Source of the DNA: Bugula neritina
Lineage: Eukaryota > Animalia > Bryozoa
Direction: 5' to 3'
Assembly (NCBI GenBank): GCA_964035545.1
Contig: OZ037770.1
Span: 6,272,729 to 6,336,728 of the forward strand
DNA: 64,000 bases
A program made the translations under genes and the position numbers. Positions 1 to 13,700 of this stretch are shown piece after piece. The notes under the pieces are model-generated. The model saw only the letters and a list, made by a program, of their open reading frames with translations. It ran no database searches and was not told where the DNA came from. Each line of letters begins with the position of its first letter. Within the stretch, counting starts at the first letter, position 1.

Positions 1-1741
1 AAATTAAGTAAAAACCTAATTTTGAGATGTTTTTACGAATACCAAAAACACTTGATGACTTTATATCCTTGTCAAATTTGAAAAATGCATGTTCTTAAGC
101 ATGGTGAATGAGAAGCACTAATGACAGTGATTGGTCTAATTAGCGTTAGTGTTAATTACGTAATAAACATAATTAGCATTGTGTGATAATCACTATCACT
201 ATGATTATCATGTTCACGTAGAAATGCATTGCTATTGGATAGTTTGTAATGCTATTATAATTATATTGCTGAGTTAAACATATACTTTAGTTTAGTTTTT
301 ATGATTAGCAAACCTTCATTGTGATTATACATAATATTTGACAGTATTCTGGTTTTGGTTCATTTGTTTTTTCTAGTTCATTTGTTGCTAGAATCAATGA
401 TATTTTAACTAAGTTCTAGTTGAATTTTTAGATCTGGTATATTCATGTTTTTACTATCTCTAAGTTAATGCGGGAAAGAAATAAGATGTACTGAATCTTT
501 ATCAAAATCTTTTGCACTCATCGTTCTTATAAACTTTTTTCAGTCTATTCTTTTTTGAAATTTGATGTTTTTCGTTCAACATAATACATTTTATGTGAGC
601 CGAAAAATATCGGATTTTTTGACTGTGCTTTGAACAGTTGCTGGAAAGAAACATGAAACCTAGTAGCTTGCGAGTTTGCAAGTTTTGAAATCTTATGAAA
701 TATGATTAAATAATATTTAGTATATAAATTGTTTGCTTGAATCTCCGATTCTACTAAAGCTTTTCCTGATTTTATTATTCATCTGCCAGTTTGTATTTTA
801 AGTTTTACTTTAAAGTCAAGAGTTGTCTATTTTGTATCTTCTTGTGTCGTGTTTGTATTGCACTTGTTACTGTATTGTAGGTAGTTGGGAATTAACTGTT
901 CAATACCTGTAGTATTATAGTAACTAAGTACAGTGTTATATTCAAACAATATGTTGATTTATTGATTATCTATACACCCACAATAATACTAACTCAAATA
1001 CTAGTAACTAGTAATCATGTCTTTTATCTATGACTATTATCATTTACTGCTACAAATTTCACAAATTATATAGTTTTTATTTTGGAATTGGCTAAAAGAT
1101 TGAATGAAAAAATTGAGTTTGTAAAAGTATGTTAAATATAGTATATTTCTATTATAAGTAATTTTATATATGTAATAAAATTTTAGCTTAGTTTGATACT
1201 TTAATTCTTTGAAAAAAGAATTTAATACCAGTTAGTAATTAGCTGGGAAATATTTTAAAGTTATAAAACAAATTGAAATTAAATTTTGTTTTTATCATAT
1301 TTATGTTGATTTTGTCCGTGATTTAATGTGCTGTCATCTGGTGGTTGTACTTATTTATCAAGTTCTTCCGCTGCTAAAATTAGTGTATCCATATAATTAT
1401 TATGTACTAGTACTCTAAGTATAAACAACAGTCATAAAGTGGTTCAAGTTTTTTTTATTTCATATTAAGCAGATTAATATTCATCAGTTTGCGCATTGTT
1501 GGTAAAAAAATCTGTCTTTAATTTGATAACTTAAACACATGTCATTCATTCAGTGCGATGCAATAAGCTAGAAATTAGTTGCAGTTTTTATGAAGGCTAT
1601 GTGTCATTATATTATTTTGATTGATGTGTCTAATTCAGTGCAATTTCATCAAAGTAAGTTAGTTTATGTATAAAGTTATCTCCACCTAACAAAAGATGAA
1701 TAGGGTGAGTTTCCTAACGCAACTTTACACTATAATTTCAG

Positions 1742-4700
1742 AATCTGGTGGAGTGTTCACATTTGGTAAAAGCAAGTTTGCTGAAAACTTACCTAATAAA
1801 TTCTGGATCTGGAATGATGAAGTTACACAGGTGGCCTGTGGGGACCAACATACTGTACTCTATGCTGGTAAGTATGTATACTGTATATATAACTCCATCT
1901 GTATACAACACTCCCAAGGTTTTCTCTCTCGTCAACACACAGCAGTCATGTAATCATGTATTTGTTCACTTTTCCTATTATAAGCAATCATCTCGAATAA
2001 GCAATGTGTTTAGTATAAATATATATTTTTCTGTTCTGTCACTTATATGCTGCATATAGGCCTGTGTTCGAGTATAGAGGTGTTTTGTAGAGTCGGGCAG
2101 GGTATTTGTATTTGGAGATAGCTCATATGGTCAGCTTGGTTTAGGAAACACAAAAGCACAGACTAAACCAACTTGTGTCAAAAGTGAGATTTTATTGTTA
2201 TGAAAATTTATTCTTTTGATGTGTTATATCTATATTCATTACCCTGCCAAGTGTAATGTTATACTATAGTTTGCTATTAGATGGTATTATTTTGAGCATT
2301 TTATTTGTTCCAGGATTGGTTACTGTTACCAAATTACTTAGAAAATTTCTTCTTCTATTTTACTTTGAAATAATGAAGCCATTTTAAATTTTTAAATCAA
2401 AACCTGCCTTATCCTTCGATAGGTTTGCTGCAGCCTATTGATACGAAAGTGTATACAGGTAGTATACAGGTGTATATGGGTAGTATACAGGTGTATATAG
2501 GTGGTATACAGGTGTATATAGGTAGTATACAGGTGTATATAGGTAGTATACAGGTGTATATAAGTATTATACAAGTGTATATAAGTAGTATACAGGTATA
2601 TATAGGTAGTATACAGGTGTATATAGGTAGTATACAAGTGTATATAGGTAGTATACAGCTGTATATAGGTAGTATACAGGTGTATATATAGGTAGTATAC
2701 AGGTGTATACAGGTAATATACAGGTATATATAGGTAGTATACAGGTGTATATGTTTGCAGGTCTGAAGGGGGAGCAGGTCAGTGTGATAGGATGTGGCTC
2801 TGATCACACTCTAGTAGGCACATCCAGTGGCGTCCTCTTCACCTTTGGTAAGAATAACTACCATCAGTGTGGCTTAGACGCAGAGGGCAGCGTAGAGACC
2901 CCGACTGAAGTCTTACTTAAAAAGCCGATTGTCTTCACTCAGCTATGTGGAGGCAGCAGTCACTCTGTTGGATTAGATAGTCAGTATCATACCTTTCAGT
3001 CAGTAGTACTTTGACAGTGTTAGTTAGTCAGTAGTACTTTGACAGTGTTAGTCAGTCAGTAGTACTTTGACAGTGTTAGTTAGTTAGTAGTACTTTGACA
3101 GTATCATACCTTTCAGTCAGTAGTGTTTTGACAGTGTTAGTCAGTCAGTAGTACTTTGACAGTGTTAGTCAGTCAGTAGTACTTTGACAGTATCATACTT
3201 TTCAGTTATTATTATTTCTGAAAAATATGCTATTTTAATAGAATTACAACTAAAGGTGTTCTTTTCATAAATAACTAAATAAATTTAAGTGCCTAGCCGT
3301 CATTTATAAATTAATTTGGAAAATGGAGGCTTGGCTTAAATTAGCAATTTATTGTTTTATTTAGTTTGTCTCAAATTAATCAAATCATTACTCAAAGTGA
3401 ATTGAATTGTTTTTTTGTATTACATTTTCACTTATTTTGATTTGTGTTGCTAGTAGTTCAACCTATTAGTGTTCGTAACTATAACTAGTAGCCACAGGAC
3501 CATTTTCTCACTCTGGCATTAACTATCAATTCCTTATAGAAAATGGTTTGGTATATGTTTGGGGAGACAACTCTGAAGGTCAACTAGGACTAGGCGATGG
3601 GGTCTCTGAAGCTGAACTTCCTGAACAACTCAGACTAGACGAGAAGGCGGTTCATATTTCCTGTGGTTACTATCACACCGCAGTCGTCACAGGTTAGATG
3701 TCAATCAGTTCTAGTCACTTTTCTGGTCGTCATTGACTTCTTAATACTTAATTGTAGTGAAGTGTAAGAGTAATAGAATCATATGTTATATGTAAATCTA
3801 TTATATTACAGTAATATGTGAAACTAATGTATATAAGTAATATATATAATTAATACATGATGGTAATATATTAAAGTAGTATATGAAAAGTAATCTATAA
3901 AAAGCAATATAATATAAAAGTAATATTGTGATAGATTCTCATCCTCTACTGTTCTCAAGTAACTGCGTGTGTCAGTATTATAATTACTGTTGCGTATATT
4001 TTGAATGCTGTAATTGTAGCTAAGTTGCACTAGCTTTCTAATGTCTTATTATTGCGATTAAGCTTTCAGTATAATGTAATTTTCATTAAATACGCATTTC
4101 CAGAGTTATTTTCCCTTTTTGCTATTTCATCGTTTTGCATTAATACTGATACTGGAAATTTGTGTAGCTTTTATGAATGCCTTCAATAGGTTGTTATTAT
4201 AGCTAAATTCTTGGCCTATTGAATTATTCATTCTCCTTTGTCTATTTTTCTTTTGTTACTGTCAAGCTTAACTTTCTTTTGTCTGTTGGAACATTCTAGA
4301 TGTGAATTCTTGTGTATAAAAGCAGGCGAGTTTCCAGTGTAGATTCAGACTACTACTGGAGCTCGCTGGTAGTAGGACCACATAAGCTGTATCTGATACA
4401 ATAAAGGTTATCCTCATTTGTACTCAAATACTTGGCTTATTCTTTCTAGAGCATGTAGGCACTAGTTGCATTCAGAACCCACAAGTTTACTACAATATAT
4501 TAAAGTTATGATTTCAAATTCTGGGCACTATTTTGTAAGTGATTGTGTGTCCTAATTAACTTCTTAAGAAGAAGTCGGATAGTAATATGATGTAAAGTAA
4601 GTTACACATAAAACTAATGTATAAAAGTTATATCTTTAAAGGCGGTAAGCTTCCAGGTTATTTATTACATTTGAGCAAAAGTTTGCATGCTTTTCAACTG

Positions 4701-7700
4701 TTTTATCAGCATTTTATCCAATTTCTTATACGAAAACACTACAAAAATGTAAGTAAAAGTGGTCATATTAGGTGTCTTGGACTTGCCCAGACTTGCCCGC
4801 GAGCGTGCCCTCCGTGTCCTATTCTGACGTGGGGATGGCAAAATAGCCCTATTGTAGCGTGAGTTTATATCGCGTAAAGTTATTAAGAAGCGGGTTTGTC
4901 ACAGATTCTCGTTATTCGTAGTTCAAATCACATGAATGTTACTCTTCGGGCGGCTACTAATAACTAACGTTAGCTACGCAACATCAAGAAAGGTAACTAA
5001 TTTGACTGTTTTCAAATGGACTATTCCATTTCGCTAGTTTGTAACTTGCTGTAAATCACAAAATAATTATTTTCCCTATTTTAATTTCAATTATCATGTC
5101 GACCACACTACCAGAAAATTACTCTTAAATATGCAGTAAATGATGATTTTCAACCGTTTTGTGATGAATTATAGGTTAGTAGTTGTCTACGTAAAACCAA
5201 GTTTTAAAATTTGTAACTGAATCAGTGAAACTGAATCACAGTATCAGTATGACTATGAGTATCACTAGTCTATCACTATGTCTATGACTCTCACTCTAAC
5301 TCTAAGTCTATGACTGTCGCCTATTGGTGAACTATTATTAATAATATTCAATGGTTATATTTATTAATACTATTATCAGTCATAATGATAATCATATGAC
5401 AGTATCAGTTACGGAGCAGAATCAGTTTCGAAACTAATACTTATAATATTAGTTATAACTATAAGTATAAGTTATACCAATAGCTATATTTATATTAATA
5501 TAAATATTTATATTCATAGTAATACTAATAACAAATGTAAAATTATTATGTTAATAGTTATACTTGTAAGTTATAATATAAAACAAACGACACAAGTATT
5601 AATTTGAACTGCTGGTCTTAAAATAAAAAGTAAAATAAATAATAATATAAATAATGAAATATAAATTATAATAATTTAATTATACTAATACTAATAGCAA
5701 TACTTATACAGTAATATAATTATAATAAATTTATAAAACTTAAACAACTTTAAATTTAAGGAACAACTTTAAATACAAACAAAGATAATATTAAATAATT
5801 ATAATCATAATAATCATAACAATAAATATAATTATGATTCCAATAATTATCAATATATTATATAATATTTAAATTATTTTAATTTATAATTATAATCATA
5901 AATTTTATAGCTATAGTGAATAAATTCAATTTGACATAACTATAATATTATACAGCAGTCAGCCTATCTTTAATGCTGATTGAAATTCAGATTGTTATGA
6001 CTATATCATTATTCACTAACTCTAAGAGTAAGTGGCTACAATTATTAGTATCAATGTTGTGTTAGAGTACTATACCCATTGGAATTTTGATATATCCATT
6101 ATATTTACAACTCTGCCTGTTACAGCTATTAATAAATTGAACCAAAATACCAACAGTGCCTAATCATCGCCTTATTTATAAAATAATCACAATCATAATG
6201 CTCAAGTTAATAGATTGGAAATTATTGAAAATTATGTTGATGCCAATATAAATATGACATTGTATGCATCCAAGTAGTGATGTTGTAATATATCTTGGAA
6301 GATAATTACATTATAATAAGAGTTAAATTCCTCTAAGTAACTTTTTTGCAATTATTCCTTAGAATAACTATAACTTATACTCCTAACATTTAATAGCGCA
6401 TTAATTTTAGATTGAGCTACTAATTGTATTTATTGCATGTGAAAGTTAGTTATTCTCCGCCAGCTGCATGAATGTGACTGGTAAATTTTGTAACCTTTGG
6501 CAGTAATAACTTTGTAGCATAAATTAGACACATTTTTATGAAAATACATAATTTTAATGCTATAGCTGCTAGTAATTCTAATGGGTGTAATAATATTACT
6601 TTCACCAGCATTAATTTTTACTTTGTTCATGCTTCATAAAGCATTTTCTAAATTCTTTTTTGAATAAATATACATATAATGTGCTGAATAGATTACATAT
6701 GTTGGGGTTCTTCCTATACTGCAGCTCAGCCTACACTCCCCGCCACAAATGTTCCTAAACTACTAGCTTCATCAGGATACAGATTGATGGAGCTGTATTG
6801 ATAAAAACTTCTCTTTTTAGCAGTAGAGGCATCATGAAAAAAAAGGCAAGTATTTACTCAATAAGAATTCGGTTTTTTACTTCTACAAATTTGATAGCCT
6901 ACACGATTCTATTTAAATGGAAACTGGTCTGACATTATGTGTCTGCAATTTATTAGTTATAATATAGTAAATACTATGCAGGCCTATAGATCAAATGGCT
7001 CAAAAAAAATTAAATAAAACATTACACAATGCTGTATTTATTAGCAATGTAATACTTAGCAACTAATTTCACATTATTATTGTTTGCAAAGTTTCATACA
7101 TCTACATATGTTTGTTCAATTCAGTGTTCTGAAGTAGAAGGTTCCAACAGCAGGGAAAAGCCTTGAACAAGATATTATGTTCTACATCTCCAACTCATTT
7201 TAACTTTGCTGGTCAGTTCATTGTGTATCTGGAGCATAGTTTTGTATTTTCAAGTAGTCCATCAGATACCTTTGTAGATAGTAAAGATTAAAATGCTTGT
7301 GCAATGATGTCCATAATGTTGAACCGATTTATTGAAACTAAAACTGTTCTTAATTATAACAAAACTTGACAATCTTTACATAAAGAATAATGTCCTATAA
7401 TCTATCTTCATTGTAAACAAAATTAGAAAGTTCCACACCAGCAAATTGTTTATCATCATCTGTAGGTGGAAGACGCGTGCACTCAGTTATAAAGGCAAGC
7501 TGACAGTGGTTTTCTTTGCCTTCTATGAAGATTTGGAAAGAGCCAGAAAATTAATACTCTATAACTGCAAAACCATGTTGCAGTGTCTTGTTTTATTGAT
7601 TGAATCATCTAAAAGAAAAATTGTTGTATCATTATAATTTTACTGTTAATGAATTAGCAAATCTACTTATCTTGGTAAATATATTCAAGAACAAATACTA

Positions 7701-10700
7701 TAGTGTAACTCAGTTTTGGTTGTGTATGCTCCTTAAGCAAATTTACAGCAGATATCAAACTATATATTAGAGACTGATATAGGAATTAAATTTAAGCTAA
7801 CCATGATGATGTAAATAGCTGTTGTATGTGACTTCGAGAACTCTGCTGGCCATGTCAGTTCAAATACACCAGGGTGATCTGTTACGAATTTCATGTCATT
7901 ATTGAAATTCAGCTTTTTCAAGTGCCTCTTCACAACTCTGGCAGCATTCTGACTGCTCCTTAGCTTTCTGCGCCTGAAATTTCTTCTACTTGCACCATTC
8001 TTCTATTGGTGGAATGTTAGCCTATAACAAACAGGTGTACCAAAGCTAAAAAAATATCTAATTCACTGCACTAGGATATTATTCAACTCATTTAAATTTA
8101 ATATATAGCAGTAAAACAATCACATAATTGTTTTTATTTTATCAGCTTTACTTTACAAAGCTGAACCATATAATTTAGTAACTTGTCACCATAATAAACT
8201 TTGTACAACATACAAATTGAAAACCTGATGTGATTGCTTTTTTAATAGAATATACATCAAAAACATGTTACTTTGATAAGCGTGTTTATAATAAAAGTAT
8301 TAAACCAGTTTGAAAAAATTATTTTGTTATATAAGGGATCACAAAACTACATCATTTTAGACCTGTAGCTCAATGTTCCTCAAGCAACGGGCTGCTATGA
8401 CTAATTAATTTTCTATCATTGCATTTGATTGTTCTACTCATAGTGTATTGGCGAATTAAAATTATTGGTAATTTAATGTATATTTTAGCTACCTCTGTAC
8501 AATCAATGTCATAGTAATATCAATTAGGTTTTAAATTTCACTGAGTTTATAGTAAATTACTGCAACCGTTACATAACATTTGGCTAGTTCTCTAGTTCAT
8601 TAAATAACCATACGAACTTAAATTTACAACATGACAAAACACACAAGGCAAAATTAAAATAAGCATATTATGAACCAATGTAAACGATAAGCGATAATGC
8701 TGTTATAAAACATAAATTATCAAATTGAAATAGTTATTATTACTATTAGTATTAGTATTACTATCATTATAACAACTATAACTATTATTAGTATTACTAT
8801 TACTATTAGTATTAGCAAATTAGTAGTAAAAAATGAGTAGAGCTCAACATATACAATCTAGCTTACTATAAAAGTAGAAGTAGAACTTTTAAAACTATCA
8901 TCTGCATCATTATCAGAACTATGAGTAATACTAGTAGTTGTACTAATAGTAATACTAATTATTAATACTAATAGTATCACTATGAGTATGAGACTTGGGC
9001 TGGCATTGATCATCACTATCAGTATCAGCATCGTCATAGTCAAAAGTTACGAGAATTAGAAGCCATATTCATAGTGATAGTAATAGTCAATCATTGATTG
9101 AGTTACTGTCATAGTGATACTCATAATTAATTTATACGATACTCATACTCATAGTGATAGTGATACTTCACCGTGAATTTAATAATAATTTTAATTTAAT
9201 ATAAATATTATTATTATCATTGTTGCTAATATTATGTCTTACTCTTAGTCTAACAGCAGCTCTATGAAGAAGTTAAGCATAACTGATAACAAAACAAATT
9301 TAAAAAATAATACTGCAACAATCAATATAATGTATATCAATATGCTAGCAACCTAATTTTCAGCTCACTTCATTTAACTTTCCGTGCAGTATTGTGAATT
9401 GTGATGAAATAAATTTATTAATGGTGACCTTGACATCTTCGTCCAAATGCCTTTCACGTCAAGCCCCGAACCAATTTGTAAAAATTTTGGATTTTTTACT
9501 TTTGATTATTTTTTACGAAAAGAGCTTCAAAATAAATTTAAAAAAAAGTGGGCTGTTGTCGACATGAAAAGAAATATATGAGCTAATTTTCTAAATTCAG
9601 GAAGTTACCAGAGGGTCACAATATTTTTTTAAAAAAATCTTTATTTTCACGACAAGCTCTATTTATTGATATAGAAAAAAAGAAGACAAATCTTTTTTCA
9701 GATTTTTCATGTGCCACGGTCACGTCAATATCAGTGCTATTAACACATATATTTTAATTCATTTTTTCTGGTATATTGAGTTGAGATTTTTTGTATATAT
9801 TTTGTGAATGCTACTAAAAAAGCATGATCTTTTAATTAACAGTAATTGATTTTATCAAAATAACCTGGATGCTTACGATGTTTAAATGATTCTTAAAATT
9901 ATTATATGAAAAATAATATATTTATATAAAAACTTATATTTGAAAATAGTATATGAAAGCTAATACATAAAATAATATATACATATTGTACAGGAGCTGT
10001 TTCTTGGAACGCCAGTTGAGGCTAAATGGGTAGATGGCAATAGCTATGAGGCAGTGGTGATAGGTTTTCCACCAAACACAGAAAGAGTACGTGTGAAGTT
10101 TATTAATGATGGCATAAAATATTCAGCTCTGCCCCAGCATGTAACAACTTGCAGCAATAAAGGTACGATTATAAATATGATCATGATATTTATTATAATT
10201 ACAGTTTTCTTGAAACAAGTGGGTTGTTTTATCTGAATTGTTTTTCAATTCAATTTAAAGATAATGGAGTTTACAGTAAAATATTAATAAATAGCACTTT
10301 AAAATATTTTTTTTTGAGATATTAGGTATGACAACAGTCAATAAGGATTATACTTTTCGCAAAGGGCTTTACTATCAAAGCTAAAAAAATTCATTCGAAG
10401 TAGAAAAAAACATCTCTTTAATTTTCAACAGAATGTAATCTATTTAGTTCACAAATTATAGCTTGTTGCTAAAGTATTTCATAAACATTGCAGAGTCTCA
10501 GGGTTTCAAAGCTGGTTCCAGTTCTTCTTCCTCCATTGTTGGAAGAATGCCCGTTGCTGATGAAGAAATGCTACAACATAGAATGCAACTACCTGGTAAA
10601 TCTAAATTTTATTTATTGCATACAGCTATTAACTTTACCAAGGCTGCTTACAATGTGTTGGAATGCCGTATAGTATATGCACGCTGATAGAAATTGTGTC

Positions 10701-13700
10701 TCATGGAAGTAAAGATTTAATAATGCAGGTAATCCAAGGTAGTCTATTTTGTTCACAAGTTATAGCTTGTTGCTAAAGTATTTCATAAACATTGCAGAGT
10801 CTCAGGGTCTCAAAGCTGGTTCCAGTTCTTCTTCCTCCATTGTTGATAGAGAAATGCCAGGAATTGAGTCTGAGGGTGATTTTAATGAATCAGATGTTGA
10901 TTATAACCCAGCTGAAGAATTGTCATCAGAAAGTGATGATACAATCGACGAGGAATCAAGTAAGAAAAATCATTTTTTTAGATCTTACTGGTTTTGAAAA
11001 TATTTACTTCTTACAAGAAGGCAATAGTTGTCTATTTTCATTTTACTTTTAAATTTTATAATTAGTTCCAAATAAAATAACCTTTGAATAAAAGTGCAGT
11101 GGCAAGAGCTAGCTGTTACGTTTTTTATGACAATGGTGTATGCTTTTTTAATTGTTTACTGTTTTCAATACTTAAATTCAGCATAAAAATGTTGTGGCTA
11201 GCAGTTAATTTGCAGTGCTTATATTAGCCTGGTAAAACTTTCAAATAATAAACAGTTATTTCTACTTAACATAAATTGAGAAAATTGCCTAAAACTTGAT
11301 TTTGATAAGTGCTTTCCTCATTATTGGAAATAATTTTGTAGAAGAGTCATCTGGTTTGCAAGCACGGTCCACAGTGTCTGATGCAGATCATAGTAGGTTT
11401 AATAATTTGCATATTCCAAATTTGATGTCTTTCTGTGCAATTATGATGTTCAGCTTTTTTTGTTATACGCAACGCATTTTCAAATTAAACAATTGTCAAT
11501 TAATAAATTGATAGTTTTGGTGCACCTAGGGAGATATTGTTTTATTGGTGATAAAAATGATATTTTATTGTTGGAACATCTCAGTTATACATTTTGACTA
11601 AAAGAACTGAGCAAAAATGTAGCAAAGTACAAGAATTACTAAATTTAATAAAATTCTATTGAAATTATAATTAATAGTGCTTGATATACATGCTGGCTGC
11701 TGCAATTCACTTAATTTTTTTTTTTTTCAGTGCACACCCTAAAGACACGACTTCAAAATGGTAAGTCAGCATAAACCTATCGAAAATATTTACGGGGTGG
11801 GGATTGTAGTATAATTTGATGTCATCTAATTATGCAGATTATAGTGCCATAGATCATTAAAATGGGTTATGCCGGTTGACGTAACCTAAGTTTTAAAATT
11901 TCCCATACTTATTACTGTTCTTAACAACATAAATAACTGTGATCACGTTTTAAAATATCTGTTTTATGTAAAGTTTTGTGGCATCGTAGCATCTCAAGCT
12001 GTTGCAATGCAGAGTTACCGATGTAGTAATAATGACTTTACATAATAGTTAGTCAAATTTTGCAATAACATATTATTTTTTTTGTCATTTATAGTCGAAG
12101 TTCATTTGTACATAAAGGAGGGAAGAACAAAAGATTGCTCCAAGATTGATTATTGCTACTTTTGTAAGAAACCCATCAAGTCCAAGATATTTCGCCATTA
12201 CAAATCTATCCATTCAACTGAAGAGATGGTGAAGCAATGCCAAAGTAGTAATGACAAAAAAGAGATTAACTGAGAGTTGGAGAGGGTAAAGAACTTAGGA
12301 AATTTTGAACACAATGCAAAGGTGGGCTCATAATGTTTCACAAGTCTTCTAGATGTAGCAACTTGCAGTTATACAATTATCATAGCCACTTAAAAATGTT
12401 TTCTTGAATTTTTATTTAGGTACTAAATGATGGTCAAGGAGAGTTGGTGGTGATTCAACGCCCTTTAAAAGCTACACCAGCAGACAAGTATTTACCGTGC
12501 ACCTTTTGCTATAACTTTTATGCCAAAAAATCATTGGCTCGGCACATTGAGCGATGCACGTTCAACAAAGAAAAGGCATCAGGTAAAGCTGCAGCCAAAA
12601 CTGGCAGGGCACTGTTGTATAGCCATCTTACTACAACTACTGAGGGCGAACAAAGTTGGGCAGAGCTCGTGAGTGGGCTAAGCGAAACACACGCGAATCC
12701 AGGTAAACATTACTTACTTAATTATTAGAAATGTTTTTAAAACTGATCGTTTATTATTAGTATGTCAGACTAAAGTTGTTTTCACATTTTCAGAATTTTT
12801 CGAGTAGTAAATTAAATCTGGGAATTTTGGAAGCAAAGGTGTAATTGCCTTTTCAATTTGTTTTAAACCTTAGAAGCTAAAGAGATCGGTTTGCGCAAGT
12901 TCTTGAATTTTGTCATTGTATTAAAGCTTTGTGAGTAGGTAGCGATTAGTAGAAACTAAATGTTGAATTTCTTTTATGAATAAATGGATGCAAATATATA
13001 TAGCTCCAAATGTTTGAAATACAGCCCCTAATACTGCTAGAGTTTATTTATTGTGCAAAACTGACAATAATTGTACTATCTGGCGTCCAATCAAACTGGT
13101 GCTTCAACTTTATTTATTAATTCAAACAATCGCTGCACACACTGTGCTGCTCACACTGTGCTGCTCACACTGTGACAATTTTTTTCATTTATTGTAGGAT
13201 TGTACAAAATTATAAAAACTGATCCTCTCATGTGAGAGCTAGGAAAGGCTTGCTAATAAGAATGAGCGACAAGACATTGAGACGCCCCGGTACAGCAGAA
13301 CTCAACCTTGTCAGAGGGAAGCTTAGATTCGTGGCAAGATTATTTATCAAAGTGCAAAATCGCTGCAGAGTTAATACAGTATCAGAAATGTTAGATTGTA
13401 AGCATTTTGATCATCTACTTTGTGCCGCTAGGGAAATGTCAATGGACAATACCCAAATTGGGTTAACAATTTGAAGCAGCTCAACATCATAAAACGATCA
13501 TTTGCTATGAAAGCAAAGGATTCACAAATGAAAGAAGACTGTGATGACTTTATGTGGCACATGAAGCAAAAGTGCGCTAATTATGTGGCAGAAATTGCGT
13601 CAAAGAGGCACAAATTGAAAACATTGAATAAGCCTCAAGAACTTCCTCTAGACAGAGACTTGGACACTCTAACAAACTATTTAAAAAAGAAGTTACTGGG

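Noticed and set aside
2392-2807. ORFs with YTTYIHL / CILPIYT repeats
   Set aside because: These are translations of a 21-bp intronic minisatellite.
4335-4355. ATTCAGACTAC resembling RNase P CR-V
   Set aside because: No CR-I partner upstream, and it forms part of a hairpin in a probable LTR.
3692-9994. In-frame splicing of RPGR exon 3540-3692 onto the Tudor-YR gene (domestication fusion)
   Set aside because: The RPGR donor is phase 1 and the Tudor acceptor is phase 0, and the YR gene is disabled.
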